Below, piece after piece: positions 31,869 to 41,200 of a stretch of 64,000 nucleotides of DNA. Every line of letters begins with the position of its first letter. The first letter of the stretch is position 1. Below the pieces are notes generated by a model. It did no database searches. It was given only the letters and a program-made list of their open reading frames with translations, and had not been told where the DNA came from. The stretch comes from Planctomycetota bacterium (GTDB lineage: Bacteria > Planctomycetota > UBA8108 > SXIK01): positions 704,001-768,000 of the forward strand of contig OZ244999.1 of NCBI GenBank assembly GCA_965223265.1, given 5' to 3'. The translations under genes and the position numbers were made by a program.

Positions 31869-32333
31869 CTGGCTGCTGCCGCGACTCCCTGCGCTCCTCA
31901 AAAAGCGAACGACTTGGCGTGGGCCGCCACCCGAGCTTCAGTGCCGAGAAGCGAGGCGAGTCGCACGTCGGCTGGGGCGACAGTCAGCCGAGAGCGAGAA
32001 ACGGCCTCAGCGGGCGACGGACAGCGGATCGTTATCGGCCTCGAAAGCTCTCTCCTGTCGTGAATCCCGGTGCGTGGCAGGCTCGGTTCGGTTGCCCCGT
32101 GCGCGACGCCCCGGTATTCTACTGAGGTGAGTCTATCGGCTTATTGGCTCTGAATTGGAGCCGCTGAGTCTTGGTCCAGCCGCCCTCTCTGCGGTTTTCG
32201 GACTGGCGCGCCGGCTGCCGCTGAAGGCGGGTGCGTCGGAGATTCACCGACAGTCGTCGTTTTCCTCTTTAGTCACTCCTCATCTATGCGACGCCGCGTT
32301 CTCAAGCGGTCGTCGCAAGCGGGCTATCGCTTC

Positions 32334-34343
32334 ATGGCTTCGGATAAGGAAGAACGGTCTCCCGAGGACTCCGCGGGAGGCGGCCAGCTGCACCGATTTC
32401 TCGATCGTCTCCCGTGGGAGAAAACTCTCATCTGGGGATTGATCCTGCTCGCGGTTTATCAGCTGCGCAGCTTCTTTTTCCTCATCTTCATGACGTTTCT
32501 TATTAGCTACTGCTTAAGAAGCATCGCCATGTGGCTGCAGAGGTTGATCTCGCCTACGCGCGAGCGACTGTGGCTCGAACGCCTGCTGACGATCGGCTGC
32601 TTCGTGTTCCTTCTTTTCGGACTCGTCGAGCTCGGCTTCTATCTTGGACCGCGACTGCGCGACCAGGGAGAGAAGCTGATCGACCGCGTGTCGCGAATGG
32701 ATCCCGGAAAGCAACTGACGGAGGTGCTGAGCGACACTCTTGGCCCTGTCCTCTTTCGCTTGAAATACGGCGATGACGACGATGAACGCTACAAGGAGGC
32801 GTTCGCTGAGTTCAGAAAGACGGGACTGCGAGTTGTTGAGTTTCAGGAGTTCGACGACCTGCGTGACAGTTTGCAGGAGAAGTTCAATCTTCAGGTGGAG
32901 CGCGAAGCCGCGCGTCAGATCGAGGATGACATCTCGGGCGCGCGTCAACCGAAGCCGGATTACGAAAGCTGGTTCAGCACGGTCAAGGCTCCAGAGATTT
33001 TCGAGAGCGATCAGGACCGCTGGCTGAGCGCGGCACGTGCCAGTCACCAGGCGAAACGGCTCCTTAACAAAGAACTTCCGGAGTTTGACAAGGTCAGCGA
33101 GGAAGGAGTTGAAGCCGCTGTGAACGAGGAGATCGTCAGAAGCTGGCTCGCTGACGACGACCGAGCGCTGGGTACTCAATCCGAATGGAAGACGTATCTC
33201 ATCGAGACGCGCACCAAGGAATTGCTAGCAACTGCCGAGAACGAGGCGAAGTTCAAGGAGTATTTTGAAACCGAGCGAAGCGAGAATCCTGATCGCATCC
33301 CGTACGACTATCCGCACTATATCGAGTTGCGCAAGGCATTCGATGATGGCAAAGAAGCGTTTTCTAACTACCTCCAGAGCGTCGACCATCTAACCGAAGT
33401 GGTCGACGAGGAGGAGCTTCTGCGGAAGCAACAGGAAGACTTTCGTTCGTCCGAACAGTACGCCTTGACTCAAGAGTGGCAAGACGGTCAAGGGCCGCTC
33501 GCGAGCACGATCAAGCAGGCGATTGCCGAGTACACTCCGGATGTTGATTGGGCGCGGAGTTTTTTCACGGAAGCTTTCAAAGTGCCCATGGCGCTCGCGT
33601 GGTCGTTACTACTCAGCCTTTTCATCACACTCGACTTCACGCGCATTCGAAACGGAGTGCAGCGCCTGAAGGATAGCCGCCTACGAAAGTTCTACCTTGA
33701 GATCGCGCCAAGCCTCACGAGTTTCGGCCGGCTCATTGGGCGGGCGTTTTTGGCGCAGGGGGCGATTGCGATCTGCAACACACTGCTGACCTATGCGGCG
33801 ATCAAGCTTCTGGGAATTCAGAACGAGGTTTTTCTCTGCGCGATTGTTTTCGTCTGCAGCTTCATTCCAGTTCTCGGCGTCGTTCTGTCGAGTGTGCCGA
33901 TCGCCGTCGTCGCTGTCGTCCAACCGGACGGGAGTCTGATCCTAGCGGTTAAGGCGATCATCGCCATTCTGGTCATCCACTTTATTGAGACGAGCCTCCT
34001 GAACCCGAAGATCATCGGCGATATGCTCCACTTGCACCCCGTGATGGTCCTCGCGGTGCTCTTCGTCGGACAACACTTTTTTGGTGTTTGGGGACTCCTG
34101 CTGGGGGTGCCTGTCGCAGTTTATATCATACGCTTCGTCATTCTCGACGAGGGCATTCCGGGTCTGATTCCACGCGAGCCATCGAAGGGCACTCATAGTC
34201 GTAGTCCACCTCCTTCGCGCGCTCAGGAGGTCACCGACTCTAAGGTGGCGGAGCCCACCCACGAGCCCGCCGCGCGCTCCGGCCAGGTCCTTGCCCTTAT
34301 GGGCCGGGAGAGTAGCGGCGAGGGGAGTTCGGACGCGCCGTAA
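32334..34343 (+). CDS. AI-2E family transporter with large soluble insertion
   Basis: SFIPVLG, IETSLLNPKIIGDMLHLHPV, GVWGLLLGVP; long acidic hydrophilic middle. Confidence 0.85.
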   Translation: MASDKEERSPEDSAGGGQLHRFLDRLPWEKTLIWGLILLAVYQLRSFFFLIFMTFLISYCLRSIAMWLQRLISPTRERLWLERLLTIGCFVFLLFGLVELGFYLGPRLRDQGEKLIDRVSRMDPGKQLTEVLSDTLGPVLFRLKYGDDDDERYKEAFAEFRKTGLRVVEFQEFDDLRDSLQEKFNLQVEREAARQIEDDISGARQPKPDYESWFSTVKAPEIFESDQDRWLSAARASHQAKRLLNKELPEFDKVSEEGVEAAVNEEIVRSWLADDDRALGTQSEWKTYLIETRTKELLATAENEAKFKEYFETERSENPDRIPYDYPHYIELRKAFDDGKEAFSNYLQSVDHLTEVVDEEELLRKQQEDFRSSEQYALTQEWQDGQGPLASTIKQAIAEYTPDVDWARSFFTEAFKVPMALAWSLLLSLFITLDFTRIRNGVQRLKDSRLRKFYLEIAPSLTSFGRLIGRAFLAQGAIAICNTLLTYAAIKLLGIQNEVFLCAIVFVCSFIPVLGVVLSSVPIAVVAVVQPDGSLILAVKAIIAILVIHFIETSLLNPKIIGDMLHLHPVMVLAVLFVGQHFFGVWGLLLGVPVAVYIIRFVILDEGIPGLIPREPSKGTHSRSPPPSRAQEVTDSKVAEPTHEPAARSGQVLALMGRESSGEGSSDAP

Positions 34344-34606
34344 CTGGTCCAAAAGAGCCTGCGGCAGCGTGGCTGGGTTTTCCGGTGAGCTCCGTGGCGC
34401 ACTGGGCTTGCGGCTTCCTCGATGCACGATCCCGCCTGTGAGCCGGTTCGTCTTGAGCGGGCTATTGAGCCGGTGGCCTACGTCTGGGGCTGGAGGGTGC
34501 AGGACCTCCTGACGCGGACGAGGTTATCTGCGCTCACTCGCGTCTACTGGCCTCCCCTTTTCTGCCCAGTGGTCAAGTCTCGCCCCTTCTCAGCCGACCC
34601 ATAAGG
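34295..34606 (-). mobile_element. Candidate non-autonomous IS110/IS1111-derived element carrying only a structured RNA
   Basis: Inverted ends CCTTATGGGCCGG (34295-34307) and CCGACCCATAAGG (34594-34606) resemble the IS110 ends; multi-stem interior closed by ACTGGGC/GCCCAGT. Confidence 0.5.
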
Positions 34607-34696
34607 TAGTAGATTCTGTCGACGGCTGCACCGCGATTGAGTTGGCGGCTCAGCGACGCTCGTTTTTTCGGACCAGGTTCGAGGCCAAGAGCCGAC

Positions 34697-35836
34697 ATGC
34701 CAAGAGAGTCTTCCTCGAGCCCTAGCGAGAGCGGGGCGCCTCAGCACTCCACGACAGATCGTGGAGATTCGTCCCGGCCATCGGGTGCGTGGCGCAAGGT
34801 CACCTCTCAGCTCTCCCGCCTGCCAGGAGTCGAGCAGCTACGTCGGCTCTTCGGAGGCTCTAAGGACGCGGCAGAGCAGGCACCTGCCGGGAGACGCAGA
34901 CGGGCTACCCGTCTGACCTCTACGTCTGATCCCGATGCTCCAACGCGCGTTTCGTCAAGTGATCCGGCCCAACAAGAGCAACTAGTGCTGGTTGCGGTCA
35001 ATCCGCATCGCGCCTACGTTCATTGGCAGTTGGCCGAATCCGAAGTCGAACGGACGCGTGAGCGTTTGCGCGATTTCGCTCCCGGCTTCGTGTTGCGGAC
35101 GCACGACGTGACCGACGTGGAGTTCGACGGCACGAACTCTCGCAGTCGGTTCGACTTGAGCGTGGATCAGATCGCGGGGTCACACTATCTCGAGTTCAAA
35201 GAACACGCTGTCACCATTTTTTGTGAGCTCGGTCTGCGATCGGCGCGCGGAGAGTTCGTTGCCTTGGCGCATTCGAACGTACTGGTGCTCCCGCGTGCGG
35301 TCGAAAGCAGCGATGAAACCGAGCGCAGTCTTCGGGTCAACCGAAGCCGATCGGTCCTTTGGCAGGCGCGCCAGGCGCCCTTAGGTCGTTCGGTCGTGAC
35401 GTCGGGCGTGCCGGTCGCGGAAGCGGCGGTTGATCCGGACGTCGCCTACGTGGATTGGGACGCACCGCCCCGGGAGGCGTCGGCACAAGACGTGCGGACA
35501 CCCCTTGTTTTCGGGTTGTCGTCGCTCTCCGGCGTTGGATTGAGCTCTGGAGAGCTGAACGGAGATCGTGGCGGCGAGCGATCATCCACTGGCGCACACG
35601 GCGTTCCGAGTTCTGGCTCGCTCGCTTCGTGGTCTCGTCAGGAGGAAGATCGAAGCGCCCATCATGACGGTGAGATTCAAGCCGACCTCGTGGTGTACGG
35701 ACGCGGTGTACCCAAAGCTGACTTGGAGATCGCAGGTGTCCGCGTGCCGATCAAGAACGTACCGGTCAGGGCCGACGGAACATTCGAGTTGCGTGTCGCG
35801 CTCCCCAGTTCTTCGCTCGACGACGCGAAACGGTAG
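34697..35836 (+). CDS. DUF4912 domain protein
   Basis: LVAVNPHRAYVHWQL, LRTHDVT, ALAHSN, ADLVVYG...VRADGTF; adjacent to a GH57 branching enzyme. Confidence 0.8.
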   Translation: MPRESSSSPSESGAPQHSTTDRGDSSRPSGAWRKVTSQLSRLPGVEQLRRLFGGSKDAAEQAPAGRRRRATRLTSTSDPDAPTRVSSSDPAQQEQLVLVAVNPHRAYVHWQLAESEVERTRERLRDFAPGFVLRTHDVTDVEFDGTNSRSRFDLSVDQIAGSHYLEFKEHAVTIFCELGLRSARGEFVALAHSNVLVLPRAVESSDETERSLRVNRSRSVLWQARQAPLGRSVVTSGVPVAEAAVDPDVAYVDWDAPPREASAQDVRTPLVFGLSSLSGVGLSSGELNGDRGGERSSTGAHGVPSSGSLASWSRQEEDRSAHHDGEIQADLVVYGRGVPKADLEIAGVRVPIKNVPVRADGTFELRVALPSSSLDDAKR

Positions 35837-35865
35837 CGACAAGCGTGCCCACACGGCGAGCATAG

Positions 35866-38800
35866 ATGAGGAAGAACGCTCTCGGCTATTTGACGCTGGT
35901 GCTGCACGCGCACCTGCCCTTCGTCCGTGACCCGCGCCACGACAGGTTTCTAGAAGAAAACTGGCTTTTCGAGGCGCTCACCGAGACGTACCTGCCGCTC
36001 CTCATGATGTTCGACGGGTTGATACGTGACCGCGTCGACTTTCGTCTGGCGATGACGCTCACCCCAACTCTCGTCTCGATGCTCGACGACGAGCTCCTGC
36101 GCGAGCGTTTTGAGCGACGGCTTGGCGAGCTCATTGAACTCAGCGAGAAAGAGACGCAGCGGCTCGGTAGCGAGCCTGAGCTGTACGAGCTCGCGAGTTT
36201 CTACCACGATCGACTCCGCGCTCAGGGCGCATTCTATCGCGACCGATGTCAGCGCGACGTCACCGGGGCTTTCCGGCGGCTTCAGGACAGCGGACGGGTC
36301 GAGATCTTGACGTCAGCGGCGACGCACGGATTCCTGCCAATCCTGCGGCATGAACCCGCCGCGGTGCGCGGCCAAATTGCCGTGGCTGTCGACCACTACT
36401 GCGACCGTTTCGGTCGGCAACCGGAAGGTATCTGGCTCCCCGAATGCGGTTATTATCCTGGACTGGACGAGACGCTTCGCGACGTCGGAATTCGCTACTT
36501 CTTCGTCGAGAGTCACGCGCTCCTTCACGGCAGTTCTAGACCGAAGTACGGCGTCTACTCTCCGACCGTTTGTGAGTCTGGAGTTGCAACCTTCGCTCGC
36601 GATCCGGAGTGTGCGAAACAGGTGTGGAGTGTCAAAGAGGGCTTTCCTGGCGCTCCGGACTATCGAGAGTTCTACCGAGACATTGGTTTTGACCTGCCAC
36701 TGGATTATGTCGGTCCGTACATTGCCCCTGATAGCGTTCGTATTCAGACCGGATTGAAGTACTACAGGGTCACCGGCGATACCGACGCCAAAGAACCATA
36801 CGTCCGTGCGCGCGCCCTGAGGCAGGTCGAGGAGCACGCTGAACTCTTCTGCAGATGGCGTTGTGAGCAGATGGAATGGCTCGCAGGGCAGATGGACCGG
36901 CGCCCGGTGATTGTCGCCCCTTACGACGCAGAGCTCTTCGGGCATTGGTGGTTCGAAGGGCCGGAGTGGTTGGATGCACTGCTTCGACGCGTCGCGCAGA
37001 CCGGCGAAAAGCTCATGACAGCGACACCGTCTGAGTATCTCGCGGAATACCCAGAAGCTCAGGTCGTCACGCCTGAGGCTTCGAGTTGGGGAGCGGGCGG
37101 ATACAGCGAAGTGTGGATCAATCCAGACAACGACTGGATCGTACCGCGCGTACTGCGAGCGTCGCGCGAGCTGGCGCAGCTTTCGTTTGTCCACACCGGC
37201 GCCCAAGGAAGGGTTCGACGTGTACTCAATCAAGCGAGTCGAGAACTTCTGCTCGCCCAGTCGAGCGATTGGGCGTTCATCATCCGCAATCGAACTGCAG
37301 CTGAGTATGCCGCTCAGCGTGTCAACGAACACCTTGAGAACTTTGAAACGCTTATCGAGCCAATCGGGTCGGTGGGTAGCGGAGAACTGTTCGACGAGTC
37401 TCGCTTCGCGGCGATCGAAGCTCGCAACAATCTCTTCCCGGACATCGATTTCGAGCACTTCGCGGAACAGCGTGAGCGCCCCTCATATGCAGTCAGCAGT
37501 CGACCGCTGCACATCGCATTTTTGGCGGCGGAGGCCGCCCCGTTTGTCAAGGTTGGTGGGCTTGGCGATGTCGCTGCCGCGTTGCCGCCGGCGCTTGCAG
37601 AGTGGGGGCGCCGGGTGACAGTGGTGTTGCCAGGGTATCGCGCGATCGATCGCGACAAGCATAAGGTCAAACCTCTTGCCGGTGGCCTTCGAGTCCCGGT
37701 GGGCGGCCGTGACGTGGAGTTCGAGCTGCTTGAAGCGGCCTCGCCCGCAGAGGGGGTGCGCGTCATCCTTGTCGGCCAGGATGAATACTTTTCTCGCGAT
37801 GGTGTCTACGTTGATCCGATCAGTGGCGAAGAGTATCCAGACAGCGCCGAGCGATTTGTTTTCTTCACGCGGGCGGCGCTGGAGGCCCTTCGTGAGCTGG
37901 GACACCGAGTTGACGTGGTTCACAGTCACGATCATCAGACAGCGCTGGCATCGGCCTATGTGAAGTTTCACTATCGCGATGATCCCGTTGTCGGGCTCGC
38001 AGCATGCGTCTATACACTTCACAATTTGGGCTATCAGGGCGACTACGATGCAAGCGCGTTGGAACTTGCAGGTTTCGGCCTCGACCAGTTCTATCCCGGC
38101 AGCGATTTCGAGCACCATGGCCGCGTCAACTTCATGAAGCTCGGGATCCAATTCGCTGACAAAGTGAATACCGTGAGCGAGAACTACGCACGGGAAATCC
38201 GCACCGACGAGTCGCTTGGCGCCGGGCTCCGTTCCGTGCTCGAAGCGCGTGGGGAAGACTTCCAAGGGATTCTCAACGGTATCGACGTTGACACTTGGGA
38301 CCCAGCCAAGGATCCGTTCCTTCCGCACAGCTACAGTGCGGATGTCCTGGACGGAAAGCAGGCATGTAAGATCGAGTTAATGGATGCCTCGGGCCTTGAT
38401 CGTCCGAACGGTGGTGTTCCACTCGTTGGTATGGTCACACGCCTCGTAGACCAGAAGGGGCTTGACCTTGTGGAGGAAGCGTTGCCGCAAATGCTTGAAC
38501 TTGGGATCCAGCTCGTCGTGCTTGGCACGGGGATCCCGCGCTACGAGGAGTATCTCCGCCAGGTGGCAGAGCAGAATGCCGGCGTCGTGGCGGCGTTGAT
38601 CAAATTCGACAATCGCCTCGCGCATCTGATCGAAGCGGGGTCGGACATGTTTCTCATGCCGTCACTCTACGAACCGTGTGGGCTCAACCAGATGTACAGC
38701 CTGCGCTACGGTAGCGTTCCGGTCGTTCGCGCCACAGGAGGATTGGCCGACACGGTGATCGACAGTGACGCCCATCCGGCACGAGGTGTTGGCTTTACGT

Positions 38801-38979
38801 TTTCCCCCTACACCGCGGCCGCGATGGTCGACGCTCTCGCACGGGCGGTCAGGGCGTATCACGAGGCCGAGCGTTGGCGAGAGATTCAACGTCGCGGCAT
38901 GACGCGGGACTACTCGTGGGGAGTGTCAGCGCTCAAATACGTCGATCTGTACGCTGACGCGTTGAGGACACGGACCTGA
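35866..38979 (+). CDS. glgA: Fusion: GH57 1,4-alpha-glucan branching enzyme (with DUF1957) plus GT5 glycogen synthase
   Basis: GH57: LHAHLPFV, WLPEC, PYDAELFGHWWFEG, LAQSSDW. GT5: KVGGLGDV, HSHDHQ, HNLGYQG, RLVDQKG, MPSLYEPCGL. Single uninterrupted ORF. Confidence 0.92.
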   Translation: MRKNALGYLTLVLHAHLPFVRDPRHDRFLEENWLFEALTETYLPLLMMFDGLIRDRVDFRLAMTLTPTLVSMLDDELLRERFERRLGELIELSEKETQRLGSEPELYELASFYHDRLRAQGAFYRDRCQRDVTGAFRRLQDSGRVEILTSAATHGFLPILRHEPAAVRGQIAVAVDHYCDRFGRQPEGIWLPECGYYPGLDETLRDVGIRYFFVESHALLHGSSRPKYGVYSPTVCESGVATFARDPECAKQVWSVKEGFPGAPDYREFYRDIGFDLPLDYVGPYIAPDSVRIQTGLKYYRVTGDTDAKEPYVRARALRQVEEHAELFCRWRCEQMEWLAGQMDRRPVIVAPYDAELFGHWWFEGPEWLDALLRRVAQTGEKLMTATPSEYLAEYPEAQVVTPEASSWGAGGYSEVWINPDNDWIVPRVLRASRELAQLSFVHTGAQGRVRRVLNQASRELLLAQSSDWAFIIRNRTAAEYAAQRVNEHLENFETLIEPIGSVGSGELFDESRFAAIEARNNLFPDIDFEHFAEQRERPSYAVSSRPLHIAFLAAEAAPFVKVGGLGDVAAALPPALAEWGRRVTVVLPGYRAIDRDKHKVKPLAGGLRVPVGGRDVEFELLEAASPAEGVRVILVGQDEYFSRDGVYVDPISGEEYPDSAERFVFFTRAALEALRELGHRVDVVHSHDHQTALASAYVKFHYRDDPVVGLAACVYTLHNLGYQGDYDASALELAGFGLDQFYPGSDFEHHGRVNFMKLGIQFADKVNTVSENYAREIRTDESLGAGLRSVLEARGEDFQGILNGIDVDTWDPAKDPFLPHSYSADVLDGKQACKIELMDASGLDRPNGGVPLVGMVTRLVDQKGLDLVEEALPQMLELGIQLVVLGTGIPRYEEYLRQVAEQNAGVVAALIKFDNRLAHLIEAGSDMFLMPSLYEPCGLNQMYSLRYGSVPVVRATGGLADTVIDSDAHPARGVGFTFSPYTAAAMVDALARAVRAYHEAERWREIQRRGMTRDYSWGVSALKYVDLYADALRTRT

Positions 38980-39155
38980 GCCGGGAGCGCGCAGCGACGC
39001 GAATCACCGCTCCACCGTTTGTAGGGGGGCTCTCTCGACTCGGTGGTCCGTACCCGCGCCGGAGTCGGTCTGCGTCCCCATTGCTGCAAGAGAGAAGCGC
39101 TTCACGCGATGACTTCGCCGCGCCCGTCGAGAGGGTGTGTGGTGCCCTAGGTCCA

Positions 39156-39505
39156 TGCGCGATTGCGATGGCGTGCGGGCGTGGGTGTCCATGACGGTGG
39201 GTGTGGGCAGACCAGCGCTCGGTGTGTGAGTCAGTCCCGACAGTTGCACAAGTTTTTGCAGGAAGGGCTCAGAAACCCTTTCCCTGAGGTTCGATCGGCA
39301 GTTGAGGGACGTCGTGGCGGACCACGTTTGGTGAGGTTGACGGTGTGCCGTGTTCCCCCTCGCCCACGCACACCCACACGCAAACTCTCACTCAGTCGCA
39401 ATCGCGCACGGTCTTAAGGTGCGTCTCTTTTGCAACGTTGGGGTCAGTCTCAGTCTCTGCCTCCGCCTCCGTTTCTGTTTCCGCCTCCGTTTCTGTCTCC
39501 GCCTC
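39156..39505. repeat. Inverted hexamer-array region (GCGTGG/GGTGTG vs CACGCA/CACACG) followed by a TCTGCC/TCCGCC/TCTGTT array that is the IS110 insertion site
   Basis: TGCGCGATTGCGA (39156-39168) is the exact reverse complement of 39396-39408; pyrimidine hexamers at 39444-39505 resume at 41161. Confidence 0.75.
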
Positions 39506-39556
39506 AGAAACTATGGGCCGTCCTCGTGTACCATAGTCTTTTTTAGGAGTGAAGAG

Positions 39557-40684
39557 ATGGCAACAAGAACGACCCAGGGACAGCTTACCGACATGAGCGA
39601 AGTTCTTCACGTGGCAATTGACGTTGGCAACACAACGTGGAAGCTCGTCAGCGGTGTTGCGGGGAGCCGGCCGCGCTGCAGGACGGTCGAGGCGGGAAAC
39701 CTTGCGGAGTTTCAGGAAGAGCTCTCGAAAGCCAAGGCGCGCTTGCGCCTTTCGCCGCAAGCTGAGGTGGTGAGCTGCTACGAAGCTGGCCGCGATGGAT
39801 TCTGGCTGCACCGTTGGCTCGTAGACAGTGGGATCCACAACGCCGTCATTGACCCGGCTAGCTGCGAGGTCGATCAGCGCGCCAAGCGTCAAAAGACCGA
39901 TCGCCTCGACGGAGAGAAGATGCTCGATCTTTTGATCCGTCACCACGGCTCGTCGCGCAGCCCACTGCGCGTTGTCAACGTGCCGAGCGTGCAGATCGAG
40001 GACGAGCGCCGCCTGCCAAGAGAGCGTCAGCGCCTTGTCAAGGATCGCACTCGGCACATCAATCGCCTCAAGGACATGTTGATCAAGTTCGGCATCCGCG
40101 CCCGCCTCAAGAAGCTGCCTGAAATCATCGACACGTTACGCGGCCCCGATGGATCTGCGATCCCCCCGCATGCCAAGGCAGGCATGCTACGCGAGCACGC
40201 TCGGCTGCAGCTTGTCGAAGAGCAAATCGCTGAGATTGAGGCCGAGACTCTCGAAACGCTCACCAACTCGCCGGAGGCCTGCAAGAAAGTCGGCAAGCTC
40301 AACAGCCTGCGCGGCATCGGCATGTACACTGCCGCAACGCTCTACTACGAGTTCTTCTGGCGTAAGTTCAACAATCGCCGTGAAATCGGAGCCCTGGCAG
40401 GAATGGTGAGCGTTCCCTGGCGCAGTGACAACATCAAACGCGAGCAAGGAATCAGCAAAGCTGGCAACGGGCGTGTACGCACACTCATGGTTCAGGCTGC
40501 CTGGAACTGGCTGCGCTTTCAGCCACAGAGCCAGCTATCTCAATGGTTCTGCCAGCGCTATGGGCCAGGCACCAAGCGCTCGCGCAAGGCGGGAATCGTC
40601 GCCTTAGCCAGAAAGCTGCTCATTTCGCTCTGGCGATTCCTCAGCACTGACGTACCACCTCCGTTGGCACGGCTCAGTTCCTAA
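39557..40684 (+). CDS. IS110-family DEDD recombinase/transposase
   Basis: AIDVG, CYEAG, KTDRLDG (DEDD); LRGIG; PWRSD catalytic Ser; GISKAGNGRVRTLMVQAAW; AGGAG RBS. Confidence 0.95.
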   Translation: MATRTTQGQLTDMSEVLHVAIDVGNTTWKLVSGVAGSRPRCRTVEAGNLAEFQEELSKAKARLRLSPQAEVVSCYEAGRDGFWLHRWLVDSGIHNAVIDPASCEVDQRAKRQKTDRLDGEKMLDLLIRHHGSSRSPLRVVNVPSVQIEDERRLPRERQRLVKDRTRHINRLKDMLIKFGIRARLKKLPEIIDTLRGPDGSAIPPHAKAGMLREHARLQLVEEQIAEIEAETLETLTNSPEACKKVGKLNSLRGIGMYTAATLYYEFFWRKFNNRREIGALAGMVSVPWRSDNIKREQGISKAGNGRVRTLMVQAAWNWLRFQPQSQLSQWFCQRYGPGTKRSRKAGIVALARKLLISLWRFLSTDVPPPLARLSS

Positions 40685-40759
40685 TTCGATGACCAGCAAC
40701 AGGCTCAACACACCAACCCAACTCAAACGGAGGGACCTGCAGGGCTGACTCGGATTCTT

Positions 40760-40920
40760 GGCCGACTGTAGGACGCGTTCGAGCAGAGGCTGGGCTGGCT
40801 TTCCAAGCCGCCGTGCTTCTCAGAAGGAACCGTCCTTGTCGGTTCGCCTGCCGCGATGCGAACGCAGTATCAGGTGATCCGCCAGAGAGCGGACACGCAT
40901 AGGAGTTGGCCGCGAGGCGC
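40760..40920 (+). ncRNA. Candidate bridge/seek RNA: two stem-flanked internal loops
   Basis: Loop 1 stems CCGAC/GTCGG, AGGACG/CGTCCT, GTTC/GAAC; loop 2 stems CGCCT/AGGCG, TCCGC/GCGGA; loop sequences match target and donor ends. Confidence 0.7.
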
Positions 40921-41200
40921 TTTGCCGCCCCGGCGCTCAGAGCGAACCGAACACTTGGCTTCTTTACCGCCAGCCCAAAGACAACACAGCACTACTACGA
41001 AAATGATCTCTCCCGCGTGCGGTACCTTCCGGGCTGCACAGAGCCCGGGGGCGCTCTACCCGCCGCCCCCCGGACCCCCAGGCAACCCAACTGCCCCACG
41101 TCGGATTGAAGACAATCAAGAAAAGAAAGCTCCCCCGTTGACAACAGTCGGACCATAGGTGCCTCTGCCTCTGCGCCTCTGGTCTCCTTTTTCCCCGTAG

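Larger units (their letters stand above)
39506..41160 (+). mobile_element. IS110-family (IS1111-type organisation) insertion sequence
   Basis: Sub-terminal inverted repeats CTATGGGCCG (39511-39520) / CGGACCATAG (41149-41158); GCCTC at both junctions (39501-39505, 41161-41165); TTGACA at 41138; long 3' non-coding region. Confidence 0.9.

Noticed and set aside
34401-34570. 6S RNA, tRNA or riboswitch assignment
   Set aside because: The fold is multibranched rather than a rod with a central bubble, there is no cloverleaf, and no recognised aptamer consensus.
39268-39276. CTCAGAAAC identical to the IS110 left junction
   Set aside because: Only 9 bp with no accompanying end sequence; chance cannot be excluded.
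39350-39556. N-terminal extension of the IS110 ORF
   Set aside because: It runs through the flanking array outside the element; ATG 39557 has an AGGAG RBS.
41138-41165. Circle-junction promoter of the IS110
   Set aside because: TTGACA is present but no convincing -10 forms at 16-18 bp spacing in the reconstructed junction.
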